Assembly (NCBI GenBank): GCA_027001645.1
Contig: JALTMP010000180.1
Location: 12,197-36,196 of the forward strand
From: Candidatus Heimdallarchaeota archaeon
GTDB taxonomy: Archaea; Asgardarchaeota; Heimdallarchaeia; Heimdallarchaeales; JAJRWK01
DNA length: 24,000 nt
Reading direction: 5' to 3'
The notes under the pieces are model-generated. The model searched no databases and had not been told where the DNA came from. It saw only the letters and a program-made list of their open reading frames with translations. The position numbers and the translations under genes are program-made. Below are positions 7,846 to 17,883 of the stretch, piece by piece (the first letter of the stretch is position 1; the number at the start of each line of letters is the position of its first letter).

Positions 7846-10416
7846 TCATTCAAGGAAATCAGTCGCTAACATTTTTCCCTTTCTCTGAATTAGCAATGCC
7901 CTTACATCACGAATGATCCAAGATAGGATCGCTAAGCCGATCAAGGAGAATAGAAATAATTTCAGGAGTTGAGAACCATTGTCTCGGGAGAGAAGAGAAC
8001 CGACACTGAATGAGGATTTAACTAGCTCGAGAACAAATTCGTCGTACACTAATTTTACTAAGTACCGATTTGTGGCATCATAATATCGCGTGAAGCCTTC
8101 CGTGTCCTCCACCCGCAGAACAGAATGCTTGGATCCGTCTGACAGCGTTATGGTGGTTTTTTCGACAACTACTCCAAACGAAGGAGACCCCCATTCTGCG
8201 AGATAAATGTCACTCACAGCAACATCTGGAAGAAAGAAAGGATTCCAACTGAAAGGGGTCGTTATGTCGAGCCATGAGCCCAAAATATTAGACGGACGCA
8301 AAAGAACAGTGCCATTATCTATTGTTCTTAGAAAACTTCGAGTAACAAATGTGTCATTCACGGTGGCAAAGAAAAGATTGAAGGCATTTTCTGCGAATGT
8401 AAGCTGGAGAAACTTAGAGGTTGAAACATAATGATAAATTGGAAGGAGCTCCCCCTCAAAAGAATAAGTCATTCTCTGAGAAACAAAATCCTTCGGCGTT
8501 GAAGGCACTTGAAGCCCAAAAGAGATGGTGAAGTTACTGGGATACAAAGTTAACTGATATTCGAGAGACGAGGACTTACCAATGGATGGCAGGGAATTAA
8601 AGTAAACGTCATTTGTGCTACGAAAACTTTGTCCACGAACATTCACAGTTCCAAGACTGACCGGGGGCAAGAGGGATCTTGCGCCCAATAATGTTCTCAA
8701 ATCAAAAGAGATGTGAAACTGCTCAGAGACACCCTCTGATTCTATTTGCGAGGAAGAAATAAGGGGAAAAATCATACGAAGAGGGTAGTCATGCACTCCG
8801 GGTTGCAATTGGATGGGTGTGACTCGAAGAGGAAAAATACTCGAGGAAGATCGGCCTTCAGATGTTTGCGGTCCAACTCTTGCAAATAAAGTAGTAGCAA
8901 CGGATGAATAAATGGTAATTGTTGTTGAAAACTCTAAGAACCCCAAGGATGGGGAAAAAGTAGGCTTATTTATGCTCAAAATCTCAACACTAGTTGCTTC
9001 CCAAGATTCAAGAACAAAAGCGGGAAGTGAATCAATGGTTTCTGCAGGTATCCCATCTTTGTACAAAGCATCAATCTGTGTGACCATAAAGGGGGCAATT
9101 AGAGGATCAGAAGAACTGCCGTATGAGACCTTTGAGAAAAACCATGAGGACGGGAATTCTCCTGAATAGATAGAAATATTCTGATTGCTTTTGGTTTTAG
9201 GTAGAACAATGGGGATTGGTATTCCTAAAACAGTTAGCATAACCATCGGATATGTTGAATTGAAAGCTTGGACCGTGATTCGAATGGTTTCATAGGCCGT
9301 ATTGTTATCTTTGTCAAGTGGAGTGAGAGTTATTTCTGCCTTTTTTTTGGGAGACTGAAGAATTGAAGAAGTGATTTCAGATTTGATCTTGTCGAGCGGG
9401 ACTGAAAGCTTAAGCGCAGTGTTAAGATATAGATTTTTGCCAGAGTAAACCGTTTCCATAATTGCGTAGAGTGGAAAGAGGACAAGAGCATCCCCCGGGG
9501 TGCCAGATAACGCATAGGTAATTAATTGGGTGATCTCACCAAAAGGAATCTCAACGCTAAAAGAAGAGTTCTGTATTTGAATGGGAATCGCTTCATAGGG
9601 TTCTTTAATGGGGGTAGTTTGAGAAATCAAAAGATTCGAATCATTTTCTTCTTTAAGGAAGAGGGCTGAGGGGGGAACTACGATTGGCATCGGTATGAGC
9701 CACGCAGAAAGAGAAGATAACGAAAAGCGGGGTTCTACTATTCCTCTGAATGTTAGAACATTTAGACCGTTCGTTCCTTCTCTAGAAACCTCTTGGACTG
9801 CAAAAACAGGGTCAAGCATTTCTATTTCTATAAGACCGATCTCTTGCATCTCTCGGTTCTCGAGAATCGTTAGTTGGATCGATAAGGGTGGCCGAACAAA
9901 AGTAGCAAATATGCTAAGTTTAGCTTGGAAACGCAAGGAATCAATTTCTGGACCCATTATTTCCTTGGGATCACGAATTAGGAAAGGAGAGTTTTGGAAG
10001 GGGAAGAATAACTCAGCAGTAACAAATTTATTTACACCGGGATCTTGAAACTCGATTTTCGAAGAAGGAAAGGGATAGGAATCAATTTCTGTTAGCAATA
10101 AGGAAGACGTATCATTTGATATTAATATGAGCTTTCCATTAAATTCAATTGCATTAACCCCCAATTGTGGGAATTCAACAAAAAGAGAAAACACAACACT
10201 AATCCCATCAATTTTTCCGTTACCATTAGCGTCATGTAATCTCGTATTAACAATTTGCAAATCCGAGAAGTCTGGTGAAGCGACAACAGAAGTGCTATCA
10301 GTAAGAGGAGTCGTCGGAACAAACAAGTGAATAAGAAATGGTGACGTAAAAGTGGCTAGCAATAGCGTTGCTAGAATAGCAATGAATCCTACCAACACAA
10401 CGGGGGTTCGCTTCAT
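7846..10416 (-). CDS. Large (856 aa) secreted or membrane-anchored surface protein of unknown family.
   Basis: N-terminal hydrophobic signal/anchor (VVLVGFIAILATLLLATF). C-terminal TM helix plus basic tail (LFLFSLIGLAILSWIIRDVRALLIQRKGK). The body is Ser/Thr/Pro-rich and looks beta-rich, with several N-x-S/T sequons. A Ca-binding-loop-like DANGNGKID lies at 10207-10233. Confidence 0.75.
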   Translation of the reverse strand: MKRTPVVLVGFIAILATLLLATFTSPFLIHLFVPTTPLTDSTSVVASPDFSDLQIVNTRLHDANGNGKIDGISVVFSLFVEFPQLGVNAIEFNGKLILISNDTSSLLLTEIDSYPFPSSKIEFQDPGVNKFVTAELFFPFQNSPFLIRDPKEIMGPEIDSLRFQAKLSIFATFVRPPLSIQLTILENREMQEIGLIEIEMLDPVFAVQEVSREGTNGLNVLTFRGIVEPRFSLSSLSAWLIPMPIVVPPSALFLKEENDSNLLISQTTPIKEPYEAIPIQIQNSSFSVEIPFGEITQLITYALSGTPGDALVLFPLYAIMETVYSGKNLYLNTALKLSVPLDKIKSEITSSILQSPKKKAEITLTPLDKDNNTAYETIRITVQAFNSTYPMVMLTVLGIPIPIVLPKTKSNQNISIYSGEFPSSWFFSKVSYGSSSDPLIAPFMVTQIDALYKDGIPAETIDSLPAFVLESWEATSVEILSINKPTFSPSLGFLEFSTTITIYSSVATTLFARVGPQTSEGRSSSSIFPLRVTPIQLQPGVHDYPLRMIFPLISSSQIESEGVSEQFHISFDLRTLLGARSLLPPVSLGTVNVRGQSFRSTNDVYFNSLPSIGKSSSLEYQLTLYPSNFTISFGLQVPSTPKDFVSQRMTYSFEGELLPIYHYVSTSKFLQLTFAENAFNLFFATVNDTFVTRSFLRTIDNGTVLLRPSNILGSWLDITTPFSWNPFFLPDVAVSDIYLAEWGSPSFGVVVEKTTITLSDGSKHSVLRVEDTEGFTRYYDATNRYLVKLVYDEFVLELVKSSFSVGSLLSRDNGSQLLKLFLFSLIGLAILSWIIRDVRALLIQRKGKMLATDFLE

Positions 10417-10492
10417 TATGCGTTAGTTGGATTCCGACCATCATAAGTATTCTCAATCTAGGTCAAGAGAAGGAAAGGAAAACTATGGCTGA

Positions 10493-11899
10493 TTATTCGC
10501 CTGGAAAAACCATGCGCCGAAGGTCTAAAGCAACGTCAAGTTCTTCTGGGGAAAGAATCCCTTCATCCAAGGCAACTTCACGAATTGTTTTTCCCTCTTC
10601 GAAGGCCTTCTTAGCAATTCTTGCAGCATTATCGTATCCAATGTACGGATTGAGTGCGGTAGCTAACATGAGGGATTGCTCAACAAGGAAACGAATGCGA
10701 TCTTCATTCGGTCTGATACCTTTAACGCATCGCTCATTGAATGAGAGCATGGCGTTACGGAGAAGGTTAACTGATTCCAGGACATTATAGGCAATGAGGG
10801 GCTTTGCAGTATTTAGATCAAATTGTCCACCAAAGAATCCACCAATAGCTACCGCTTGATCATTCCCTATAATTTTCATGCATACTTGCACAAGCATTTC
10901 TGCTTGCGTTGGATTAACTTTTCCTGGCATTATTGAAGATCCCGGTTCGTTTGCTGGAAGAATCAGTTCACCGATCCCACAACGAGGACCAGAACCAAGG
11001 AGACGAATATCGTTTGCAATCTTGATTAAAGCCACTGCCAGAGTTCGAATGAGGCCAGACAGGGTTACCATCTTATCATGAGCGGCAATATCTGCAAAAC
11101 GATTCTTGGCCGGAGCAAAGGGCAGTTGTAACTCTTCTTTCAAGTACTGACAAGTTTTTTCGGCTAACTGGGGATGGGCATTTAGACCCGTCCCCACAGC
11201 AGTTCCTCCAATCGGAAGTTCGCACAGAAGAGGAATTAATGCTTCTAAATTCTTCTGAATCGATAGAAGTTGTGTTGCATATGCACTGAATTCTTGGCCA
11301 AGAGAAATGGGAACTGCGTCTTGAAGGTGTGTTCTACCAATCTTTATGATTTCCATATATTCGTGAGCTTTTCTCTCCAGTTCTTGCTTAAGTGTTTCAA
11401 TAGCGGGAATTAATTGATCTCTAACTGCTAAAGCTGCGGAAATGTACATTGCTGAAGGAATAACATCATTCGAGCTTTGCCCACGATTCACGTGATCATT
11501 AGGATGGACAGGATGTTTTTTGCCTCTTTGTCCGCCCAAAAGCTCGCTTGCAAGATTTGCAATCACCTCATTAGCGTTCATGTTTGTTTGTGTGCCACTT
11601 CCTGTCTGAAAGACATCTATGGGGAACTGATCCCACATTTGTTTTTCCAGAATTTGCGTTGAAGCCTGAATTATCCCGTCTGCGATTTCATCATTGAGCT
11701 CACCTAAGTCCTTGTTTGCTTTTGCAAGAGCCCTTTTGAGTCGGATTAGAGATTCTAAGAAAATAGGGGGAAAAACAATCCCGCTAATCGGAAAATTCTC
11801 TATTGCTCTTTGCGTTTGGGCTCCCCATAGTGCTTCATTTGGAACTTTCACAGAACCTAAGCTGTCGGTTTCAATACGATAGTTTTCCATGTTAATCAT
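10493..11899 (-). CDS. fumC: Class II fumarate hydratase.
   Basis: The N-terminus RIETDSLGSVKVPNEALWGAQTQRAIENF is FumC-type (LWGAQTQR). The superfamily signature GSSIMPGKVNPTQAE (10904-10942) is the FumC-like variant rather than the AspA-like one. SSNDVIPSA and TGSGTQTNMN motifs are present. The true start may be the second in-frame Met (MENYRIE). Confidence 0.93.
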   Translation of the reverse strand: MINMENYRIETDSLGSVKVPNEALWGAQTQRAIENFPISGIVFPPIFLESLIRLKRALAKANKDLGELNDEIADGIIQASTQILEKQMWDQFPIDVFQTGSGTQTNMNANEVIANLASELLGGQRGKKHPVHPNDHVNRGQSSNDVIPSAMYISAALAVRDQLIPAIETLKQELERKAHEYMEIIKIGRTHLQDAVPISLGQEFSAYATQLLSIQKNLEALIPLLCELPIGGTAVGTGLNAHPQLAEKTCQYLKEELQLPFAPAKNRFADIAAHDKMVTLSGLIRTLAVALIKIANDIRLLGSGPRCGIGELILPANEPGSSIMPGKVNPTQAEMLVQVCMKIIGNDQAVAIGGFFGGQFDLNTAKPLIAYNVLESVNLLRNAMLSFNERCVKGIRPNEDRIRFLVEQSLMLATALNPYIGYDNAARIAKKAFEEGKTIREVALDEGILSPEELDVALDLRRMVFPGE

Positions 11900-12053
11900 T
11901 CTTAGTAAAGAAATTGCAATTAAGTAATTGTTGAATCCTCCGAGTTTTTTGATCCGAAGTAAAACCGCAGTTTGAAAAAAATATTATTCTACTCGAAATG
12001 CTTTCACATAAGGACATTCTTACATTGTCATCAGAAAATTTCGAGGAATCGGC

Positions 12054-13514
12054 ATGTTCGGAGAATTTGGCACAGAAGAGGATCTAAGAAAAGTCGCGGA
12101 CACGATCTATTCTATCATCACAAACCATTATGCGCAGCTTTCTCAGGGAGATGTTTTCCCGTCAGATGAAGAATTAATACGGACGATGACAGAAGTCCAT
12201 TCCACATCTTTTCCGGACGAACCATCGCTTTCAATCGATAACCTAGGAGATTGGCTTTGGCAAATTCGCAAAAGGAGCCTAGCTGTCTGGCACTCTCGAT
12301 ATGTTGGACATATGGACAGCGGGATTATTCCTGAGCTGAGTTTTGTTGATGCTTTTATTTCAGCCCTAAATCAGAATCTCCTTGCGTGGGAACTAAGCCC
12401 TATTGCCACATACATTGAAAAGCAAGTTATCAAGTGGTTCGTGGGCAGATTCGGCTTACCCCAAGACACTGCCGGCGGTACTTTTGTAAGCGGAGGAACA
12501 GTTGCGAATCTTACGGGATTATTTCTGGCGTTGTATAAGCGGTTCCCGAATGCAATCCGAGAAGGGATTAGAAATCTTGCTCCCACTGCAATCTTTGCAA
12601 CACAAGAGATACATTATTCAATTGTCAAAAGCGCTTCTATTCTTGGTCTTGGCACAGATTCCATTGTTTCGATTCCAACTACCGATTCTGGTACCATTGA
12701 CTTGAACGAACTCGAAAAAGCAATAGACGAATCCGATAGAATCCCTCTTGCGATCATTGGAGTCGCAGGGGTAACAAATTCAGGAGCAATTGACCCGTTG
12801 AGTGAAATCGGGAGAATTGCGAAGAAAGAGAAGGCTTGGTTCCATGTGGATGCTGCTTATGGCGGAGCTCTAATATTATCTGAAGAACACAAAAACAAGC
12901 TAAAAGGGATTGAACAAGCCAACTCAATCACTTTTGATCCACACAAGTGGCTTTGGTTTCCCAAGAGTACCGCAATGATTATTGTTCGGGATCAAGCAGA
13001 TCTTCAATTGTTGGATCATCAAGCTTCCTATATGCCAGTGCATCCAAGCAATGTTTCTGAAACAGGAATTGATAAGAAAAGCCTAGGAAAGCAGACCATT
13101 CAAGGAAGTAGGCGGTTTGACGCGTTTCGCATTTGGTATGCCTTCCAGCGATTTGGTGTAACACCTTTTGCACAAGGGATCACGCGGACCATTGAATTAG
13201 CACAACAAATCAGTCTTTACGTTAGTCAAGATAAACGAATTCTGCAACTGTTGTTTGAGCCAGAAACTAATATCGTATGCTTCAAAATCAATTCTTCAAT
13301 CGTTTCAAGCTTAAAACAGCGTGAAAGATTGACTAAATTGGCTCATGAAAGACTAGAAGCCTCCGGAAAAGGCTGGGTTTCCAGAACAATCATCAAGAAC
13401 GAGCCAGTACTAAGAATGGTCATATTGAATCTCAACACTCGGCTTGATGACCTGAAAAAAATAGTCGATTCTTTAGAAAACTTTCTCTCTGCTGAAATTG
13501 AAAGACGACAATAA
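12054..13514 (+). CDS. Pyridoxal-phosphate-dependent group II amino-acid decarboxylase.
   Basis: SGGTVANL, HVDAAYGG, and the PLP-lysine motif SITFDPHKW (DPHK at 12936-12947). Length is 486 aa. Substrate (Tyr/Asp/Glu/diaminobutyrate) cannot be assigned by eye. Confidence 0.88.
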   Translation: MFGEFGTEEDLRKVADTIYSIITNHYAQLSQGDVFPSDEELIRTMTEVHSTSFPDEPSLSIDNLGDWLWQIRKRSLAVWHSRYVGHMDSGIIPELSFVDAFISALNQNLLAWELSPIATYIEKQVIKWFVGRFGLPQDTAGGTFVSGGTVANLTGLFLALYKRFPNAIREGIRNLAPTAIFATQEIHYSIVKSASILGLGTDSIVSIPTTDSGTIDLNELEKAIDESDRIPLAIIGVAGVTNSGAIDPLSEIGRIAKKEKAWFHVDAAYGGALILSEEHKNKLKGIEQANSITFDPHKWLWFPKSTAMIIVRDQADLQLLDHQASYMPVHPSNVSETGIDKKSLGKQTIQGSRRFDAFRIWYAFQRFGVTPFAQGITRTIELAQQISLYVSQDKRILQLLFEPETNIVCFKINSSIVSSLKQRERLTKLAHERLEASGKGWVSRTIIKNEPVLRMVILNLNTRLDDLKKIVDSLENFLSAEIERRQ

Positions 13515-13558
13515 TTTACTTTAAAGCGAATCTCAGAGTATATGGTAAAACACGGTGA

Positions 13559-15028
13559 TTGTCAGAAATGTCTGATAGACAAACAGTTCATGCACAAATT
13601 AGAAATGTATTCGAAAGGGAACTAGGAATCGAGTTTCTTCCCGAGGAACGGGCCGAGTTAGAGGAGTTTAGCAAAGCAGTGAATCATCGAGAAAATATAA
13701 TCATCGGATACGTACATCAACTTGATGATCACCAGGTTATTCTGCGACCCTCGCTTTTTTCTCTTAACAAATCAATCATTTGTGTTTTAGGAAGAGAATT
13801 AGAACCACCTCCCAATAACGCAAAAATAAAGGCCGATGGGAAGTGGAAGAGAATCCCTTATCTCGAAAAGAACGAATACAAATCTTCTGATGTTTTTCAG
13901 ATCTTTTCTTGGACGATTCTTCCAAGGCCCATTGTAGAACTGCCCCTCTCCTATGAAGAGGTTCTCTCTTTTTTTGTCGATGATATGGGAATTGAGTTCA
14001 AAGATCCATACCTAGCAAATAGACTTCTCTATCATGATGCCTTGCTGGCAAACGCAATTAGTGCAGCTCCGATTCCTGAACGAATGATAGGAGGGTTATT
14101 CTCTACAGTAAGCTACCTGAATAATTACAAGACATTAGCACAGCGAGCATTGTCCCGAATTCGAAGAATGGTTCCCAGTACACAGCTTCGCAAGAGAATG
14201 GGGATGAGGTCTGTTGAATTTCATTATTACAAACTAATGGACGTTAGAAAAATCAGAGAACAAAAATCTCTATTAACCCGAAGAACGAGACTTCTCAGCC
14301 TAGAACCGTTAAGCGAAATTTCAGCCAGCTTCCACTTGCATGAAGCGAAGATAGAAAAATTCGCCTCAAAGAAATTTTATGGAGACATTAACTTTCTTTT
14401 ACCTCCCACTCTTCAAGTGAGAAAGAATCTTCCCACAGAAGAAAAACTTCTTTTTGAATATAGCTCTCTCTTCTCGGACAAGGCCGTACTTCCAGCAACA
14501 TTACACATTCCCCTTTTCTTCATTGCTACTCACATCAATATGCCAATAATTGAACATGCTACAATTAAGAGCGAAGAAAGGCTCGTTTCTAGGGAATTAG
14601 AAAAAATAACAAGTGAAATTCCCTCAGTTCTGATTGGGAAAAACAAACTAATCGATCCTTCTCGTTTGTCAGAGCAAGCAATAAGAACAGCTAGTTATCT
14701 CTCGCGCCGTGTTCACTCACAAAAAACGGATGAAAAAACCGTCCGGGCAGCACTAGCGCAAATCTTTGAATTGTCAAACAAGTTTATCGAAGATTTATCA
14801 TTACATGAAAAAATGGGAACCCCAAAACTAAGTTCCATGCAAGCAACTATTCTCAAAGCAATCGAAAGGCTTAGCCCAAATAATGAACCAATAAACAAAA
14901 AAGAAGTTATTCAAGAATTGGAGAAAAAAAGGTTTTCACGAGTTGAATTAGAACAGGAAATTGAAAAAATGCTTAACATGGGATTGATTTATGTCCCTGC
15001 TCCCGGCAAAATTAGAATCGTAAGATAG
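13559..15028 (+). CDS. MCM-derived protein with decayed AAA+ motifs and a retained C-terminal winged helix (489 aa).
   Basis: The track start is TTG at 13559. ATG at 13568 with GGTGAT 8 nt upstream is the more likely start. Colinear resemblance to archaeal MCM: ISAAPIPERMIGGLF vs SIAPSIYG..LFGG; YLNNYKTLAQRALSRIRRMVP vs GDPGTAKSQ.L..v..aPR; KKFYGDINFLLPPTLQVRKNL (14399-14428) vs NP.fGRY...nI.LPPTILSRFDL; IDPSRLSEQAIRTASYLSRR....TDEKTVRAAL vs It.RQLEalIRlsEA.Ak..l...Vt.eDa..Ai; C-terminal WH ...EIEKMLNMGLIYVPAPGKIRIV. That this is a real CDS is high confidence. The family call is moderate confidence. Confidence 0.55.
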   Translation: MSEMSDRQTVHAQIRNVFERELGIEFLPEERAELEEFSKAVNHRENIIIGYVHQLDDHQVILRPSLFSLNKSIICVLGRELEPPPNNAKIKADGKWKRIPYLEKNEYKSSDVFQIFSWTILPRPIVELPLSYEEVLSFFVDDMGIEFKDPYLANRLLYHDALLANAISAAPIPERMIGGLFSTVSYLNNYKTLAQRALSRIRRMVPSTQLRKRMGMRSVEFHYYKLMDVRKIREQKSLLTRRTRLLSLEPLSEISASFHLHEAKIEKFASKKFYGDINFLLPPTLQVRKNLPTEEKLLFEYSSLFSDKAVLPATLHIPLFFIATHINMPIIEHATIKSEERLVSRELEKITSEIPSVLIGKNKLIDPSRLSEQAIRTASYLSRRVHSQKTDEKTVRAALAQIFELSNKFIEDLSLHEKMGTPKLSSMQATILKAIERLSPNNEPINKKEVIQELEKKRFSRVELEQEIEKMLNMGLIYVPAPGKIRIVR

Positions 15029-15146
15029 AGAAAATGTTTGAAGTTGTCTATCTCTTTTTCCATTCATCTCCAAATAATCTAGCCTTGAACACAAACGACG
15101 CGGATGTTCAACAGTTCCTACCATCTGAGGTTATCGATTCATAGGA

Positions 15147-17720
15147 TTATAGGAAATCGTCAAGACGAACTTTATACTCCCCCAATACCTCATCTAAGGA
15201 AAGGTTAAGATTGAAGCGATTAACTGCCCTAATTGCTTCCAACATGTAGTAGTGCCGATCAACACGTTTGAGATTTACCAAATCAGGATGTCTCGCTCTA
15301 TCTCTGATATTCCCCTTTCCTTCAATAACCACAAACGGAAAATAAGAAAATTCCTTCCAAGCGTGCTCTGGGTCGATATTTTTCTGCTTGCAATAATGAA
15401 TGAATGCACCAACTGCCGGAGGAATTATTTCATATTCACTTGGTGGTTTCTTGATAGGTCCAAGCAGAACCAATTGATGACGAATCTGTTCTTCATCAAA
15501 TTTGAGGATTTGAGCAATGAATCGTCTCATTTCGTTCCTAGCAAATTCCAAGTCTCCTGTTTTCAACACTAACTCAATCGCTTTTTTCTGGGCTTCTCGT
15601 GAGAACAGAGACCAGTCACTTCGTATCGCCTCAAACCCAACAATGACAATCTGTTTTGTCAATACCGATGCATAAGTGTATCTCTTCTTTGCCCCCTTGT
15701 GAAACAATATGCGAAAGGCGACATCTTGGAGCTCTAGTCTCATCTGCTCAGGAAGTTCCTTTCTCAAAAACTCTACAAGCTCGGAGATCTGAGGAATCCT
15801 TGAAACAACCTCATCTCTTGAATGAGGGGCTGTTTCCCACAACGCTTCAATTTCTCGTTTTAGAGGAGTCTCAATAAAAACAGAATCCGTATCGCCATAG
15901 ATCGTTTCATACCCCTCTCCGAACTCCGTAGTTTTCTCTCTTAACTCGCTTAGGTAAAGCCGACCAATCTCTGTAATTGTCGCTGCAATTTGAGAATTAT
16001 ACAATCTGCTCCCGATAAAATTATAGCTGCCGAAAGTGGAATTCGCAACAATCTTCAGAGCTGTGCTATATGCTTGCAATGCCCGAATCACAGATTCATC
16101 AGCTTGGTTTTCCAATGCATCTTGGAGCTGATTTTTTACTTGGACTCTCTTAGAAAAGATCATTTCTTGCATCAGAGCCATTGTGGTCCGGGGGTACTTT
16201 GCGAATCGCTCTCTTGGGTCCTTTGCATTCGGCTTCGTGAAAGATTCTGCCCCTACATTATGGGCAATTATTATGCTTGGATACATGCTCGTAAAGTCAC
16301 AAATTACAACTCCAGTAGCAATTTCCTTTTTCGGCGAAAAAACCAGCCCTCCCTTTGCAATTTGATGATCTTCTAATCTTTCCTTTCTCCCTTTTACTCC
16401 CGGAGATGCTGGAATTAGAATGTTCGATTCGTGCATCACTCTAAACAATAGAAACTCTCCCGCCTGTCTCGCAGTATAATACATCGCCTCCCCTGCAGGC
16501 GCACCTGTAATTCTTATTACCTCAAGCCATTCTGGCAAGCCCAATCTAAACCAAAGTCGATACGTAAGTTCTGCATCTTTAAGCGCGTATTTCGCAAATA
16601 AGTCAAGGGCATCAGCATTAGTGAGTCCTTTTCTCCAACTCTCCCCATGTGTTGTGAATAATTCTAGTTTTCCCTCTCCCAAAATCGCTTGCGCAATTGA
16701 GTTCAACGATTTGCTTCCGTCCTCTGTGTGTATGTGTGATGATTTTCGAATAATATCAAATGCAAGAACCCCTGGAATCAACCATCCATGACCATACTCC
16801 GGTTTTCGAGGGAATCTGTCCATAAACGGCGTCATTAGGGATGGCCTTAGTCCAAGGTTTTTGATTCTCTCAATAAGATATGGAAAATCAAACCGGTCTC
16901 CGTTAAACGTGATTAAAACATCCGGATCGATATTTTTCCACAAAAACTTGAATGCTTGTTTTAGGATTTGTCTCTCTTCATCGTCTGAGTCCTTTTGGAG
17001 AACGAATATCTTTTCTTTTCTTTCTTCTTCAGTTCTGCCATAGCAAAAACTGATTGCCGTTATTCTTCTCTTTGCTTCCCTTATTATGCTTGCTAACGAT
17101 TCACTATCAATATCCGGATCTGCATCCGCATCGATCTCTATATCTAAGCTAGCAATCATTGGCGGGTGTGTTGTAAGATCAACGGGGCTCAAATGGCTTG
17201 TCCGCCTCAATCCTTGGCGAGAAGGAATACCATTCTGGATTCTGATCCCTTGTAGACAAAACAACCCCGTATCCAAGAGAAAGCGATGAGTAAAAGGAAT
17301 ATCTGCTTCAAAAGTCTCAATTCCCTGCTGATCAAATATCTGTCGTATTTGAGGAATCGCCCATGGATGTTTCCCTACAATCCTACAGATCTTGACTCTT
17401 TCACTCCCCTCATATCTGTATTTTGACACCATCTCTGCTTTAACATACCAATCTGAAAAAAGACGATGCTTTCTTTGCAATAACCTTGCCTTTTCCACTG
17501 AAGTATTTGCATAAAAATAAGGCAAGAAATCCTGTATCGAGATTCTTCTCCGAACTCCATCTCTTCCCCGCAAATACAAAATTATTTCAGCAATTTCGCG
17601 GTCTTTGGTTTTCCTTTTTCGATAGTCTATATCTATCAACCTAGCAACATTTTCAGACTCATCAAATGTGATTGTTTTCGCTTCTTCCAATGATTGCGTA
17701 TGGGATTGGTCTAGCCTCAA
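15147..17720 (-). CDS. polB: Family-B DNA polymerase with a complete set of 3'-5' exonuclease and polymerase motifs.
   Basis: Exo I SLDIEID (17136-17144), Exo II FNGDRFDFPYL, Exo III YALKDAELTYRL, Pol A DFTSMYPSII, Pol B KIVANSTFGSYNF, Pol C IYGDTDSVF (YGDTDS at 15882-15899), and KKRY (GAKKRYTY). TTG start preceded by GGAGAGAGGAGTGA. The motif order is uninterrupted, so there is no intein. Confidence 0.95.
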   Translation of the reverse strand: MRLDQSHTQSLEEAKTITFDESENVARLIDIDYRKRKTKDREIAEIILYLRGRDGVRRRISIQDFLPYFYANTSVEKARLLQRKHRLFSDWYVKAEMVSKYRYEGSERVKICRIVGKHPWAIPQIRQIFDQQGIETFEADIPFTHRFLLDTGLFCLQGIRIQNGIPSRQGLRRTSHLSPVDLTTHPPMIASLDIEIDADADPDIDSESLASIIREAKRRITAISFCYGRTEEERKEKIFVLQKDSDDEERQILKQAFKFLWKNIDPDVLITFNGDRFDFPYLIERIKNLGLRPSLMTPFMDRFPRKPEYGHGWLIPGVLAFDIIRKSSHIHTEDGSKSLNSIAQAILGEGKLELFTTHGESWRKGLTNADALDLFAKYALKDAELTYRLWFRLGLPEWLEVIRITGAPAGEAMYYTARQAGEFLLFRVMHESNILIPASPGVKGRKERLEDHQIAKGGLVFSPKKEIATGVVICDFTSMYPSIIIAHNVGAESFTKPNAKDPRERFAKYPRTTMALMQEMIFSKRVQVKNQLQDALENQADESVIRALQAYSTALKIVANSTFGSYNFIGSRLYNSQIAATITEIGRLYLSELREKTTEFGEGYETIYGDTDSVFIETPLKREIEALWETAPHSRDEVVSRIPQISELVEFLRKELPEQMRLELQDVAFRILFHKGAKKRYTYASVLTKQIVIVGFEAIRSDWSLFSREAQKKAIELVLKTGDLEFARNEMRRFIAQILKFDEEQIRHQLVLLGPIKKPPSEYEIIPPAVGAFIHYCKQKNIDPEHAWKEFSYFPFVVIEGKGNIRDRARHPDLVNLKRVDRHYYMLEAIRAVNRFNLNLSLDEVLGEYKVRLDDFL

Positions 17721-17883
17721 TTCACTCCTCTCTCCATATTAGTCACATTCGAATCAACTAAGAACTTTCAGCCCAAATATGATCCAGTTCTGTTTTTTCA
17801 AGAAAGCCCTTTTTCATTGTGTTTTACAGACAAAAAATACGCATTCAAAACGCACCATCATGCATTGCTAAGAGGAATAATAC

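Noticed and set aside
11972-12169. A 65-aa plus-strand ORF overlapping the start of the decarboxylase gene.
   Set aside because: It is a basic, His/Arg-rich, low-complexity translation that overlaps a well-supported gene in another frame. It is probably spurious.
15147-17720. A possible intein or split in the family-B polymerase.
   Set aside because: All exonuclease and polymerase motifs occur in the normal order and spacing in one 857-aa frame. No Cys/Ser-...-HN intein junctions are seen around the DTDS or Pol-B motifs.
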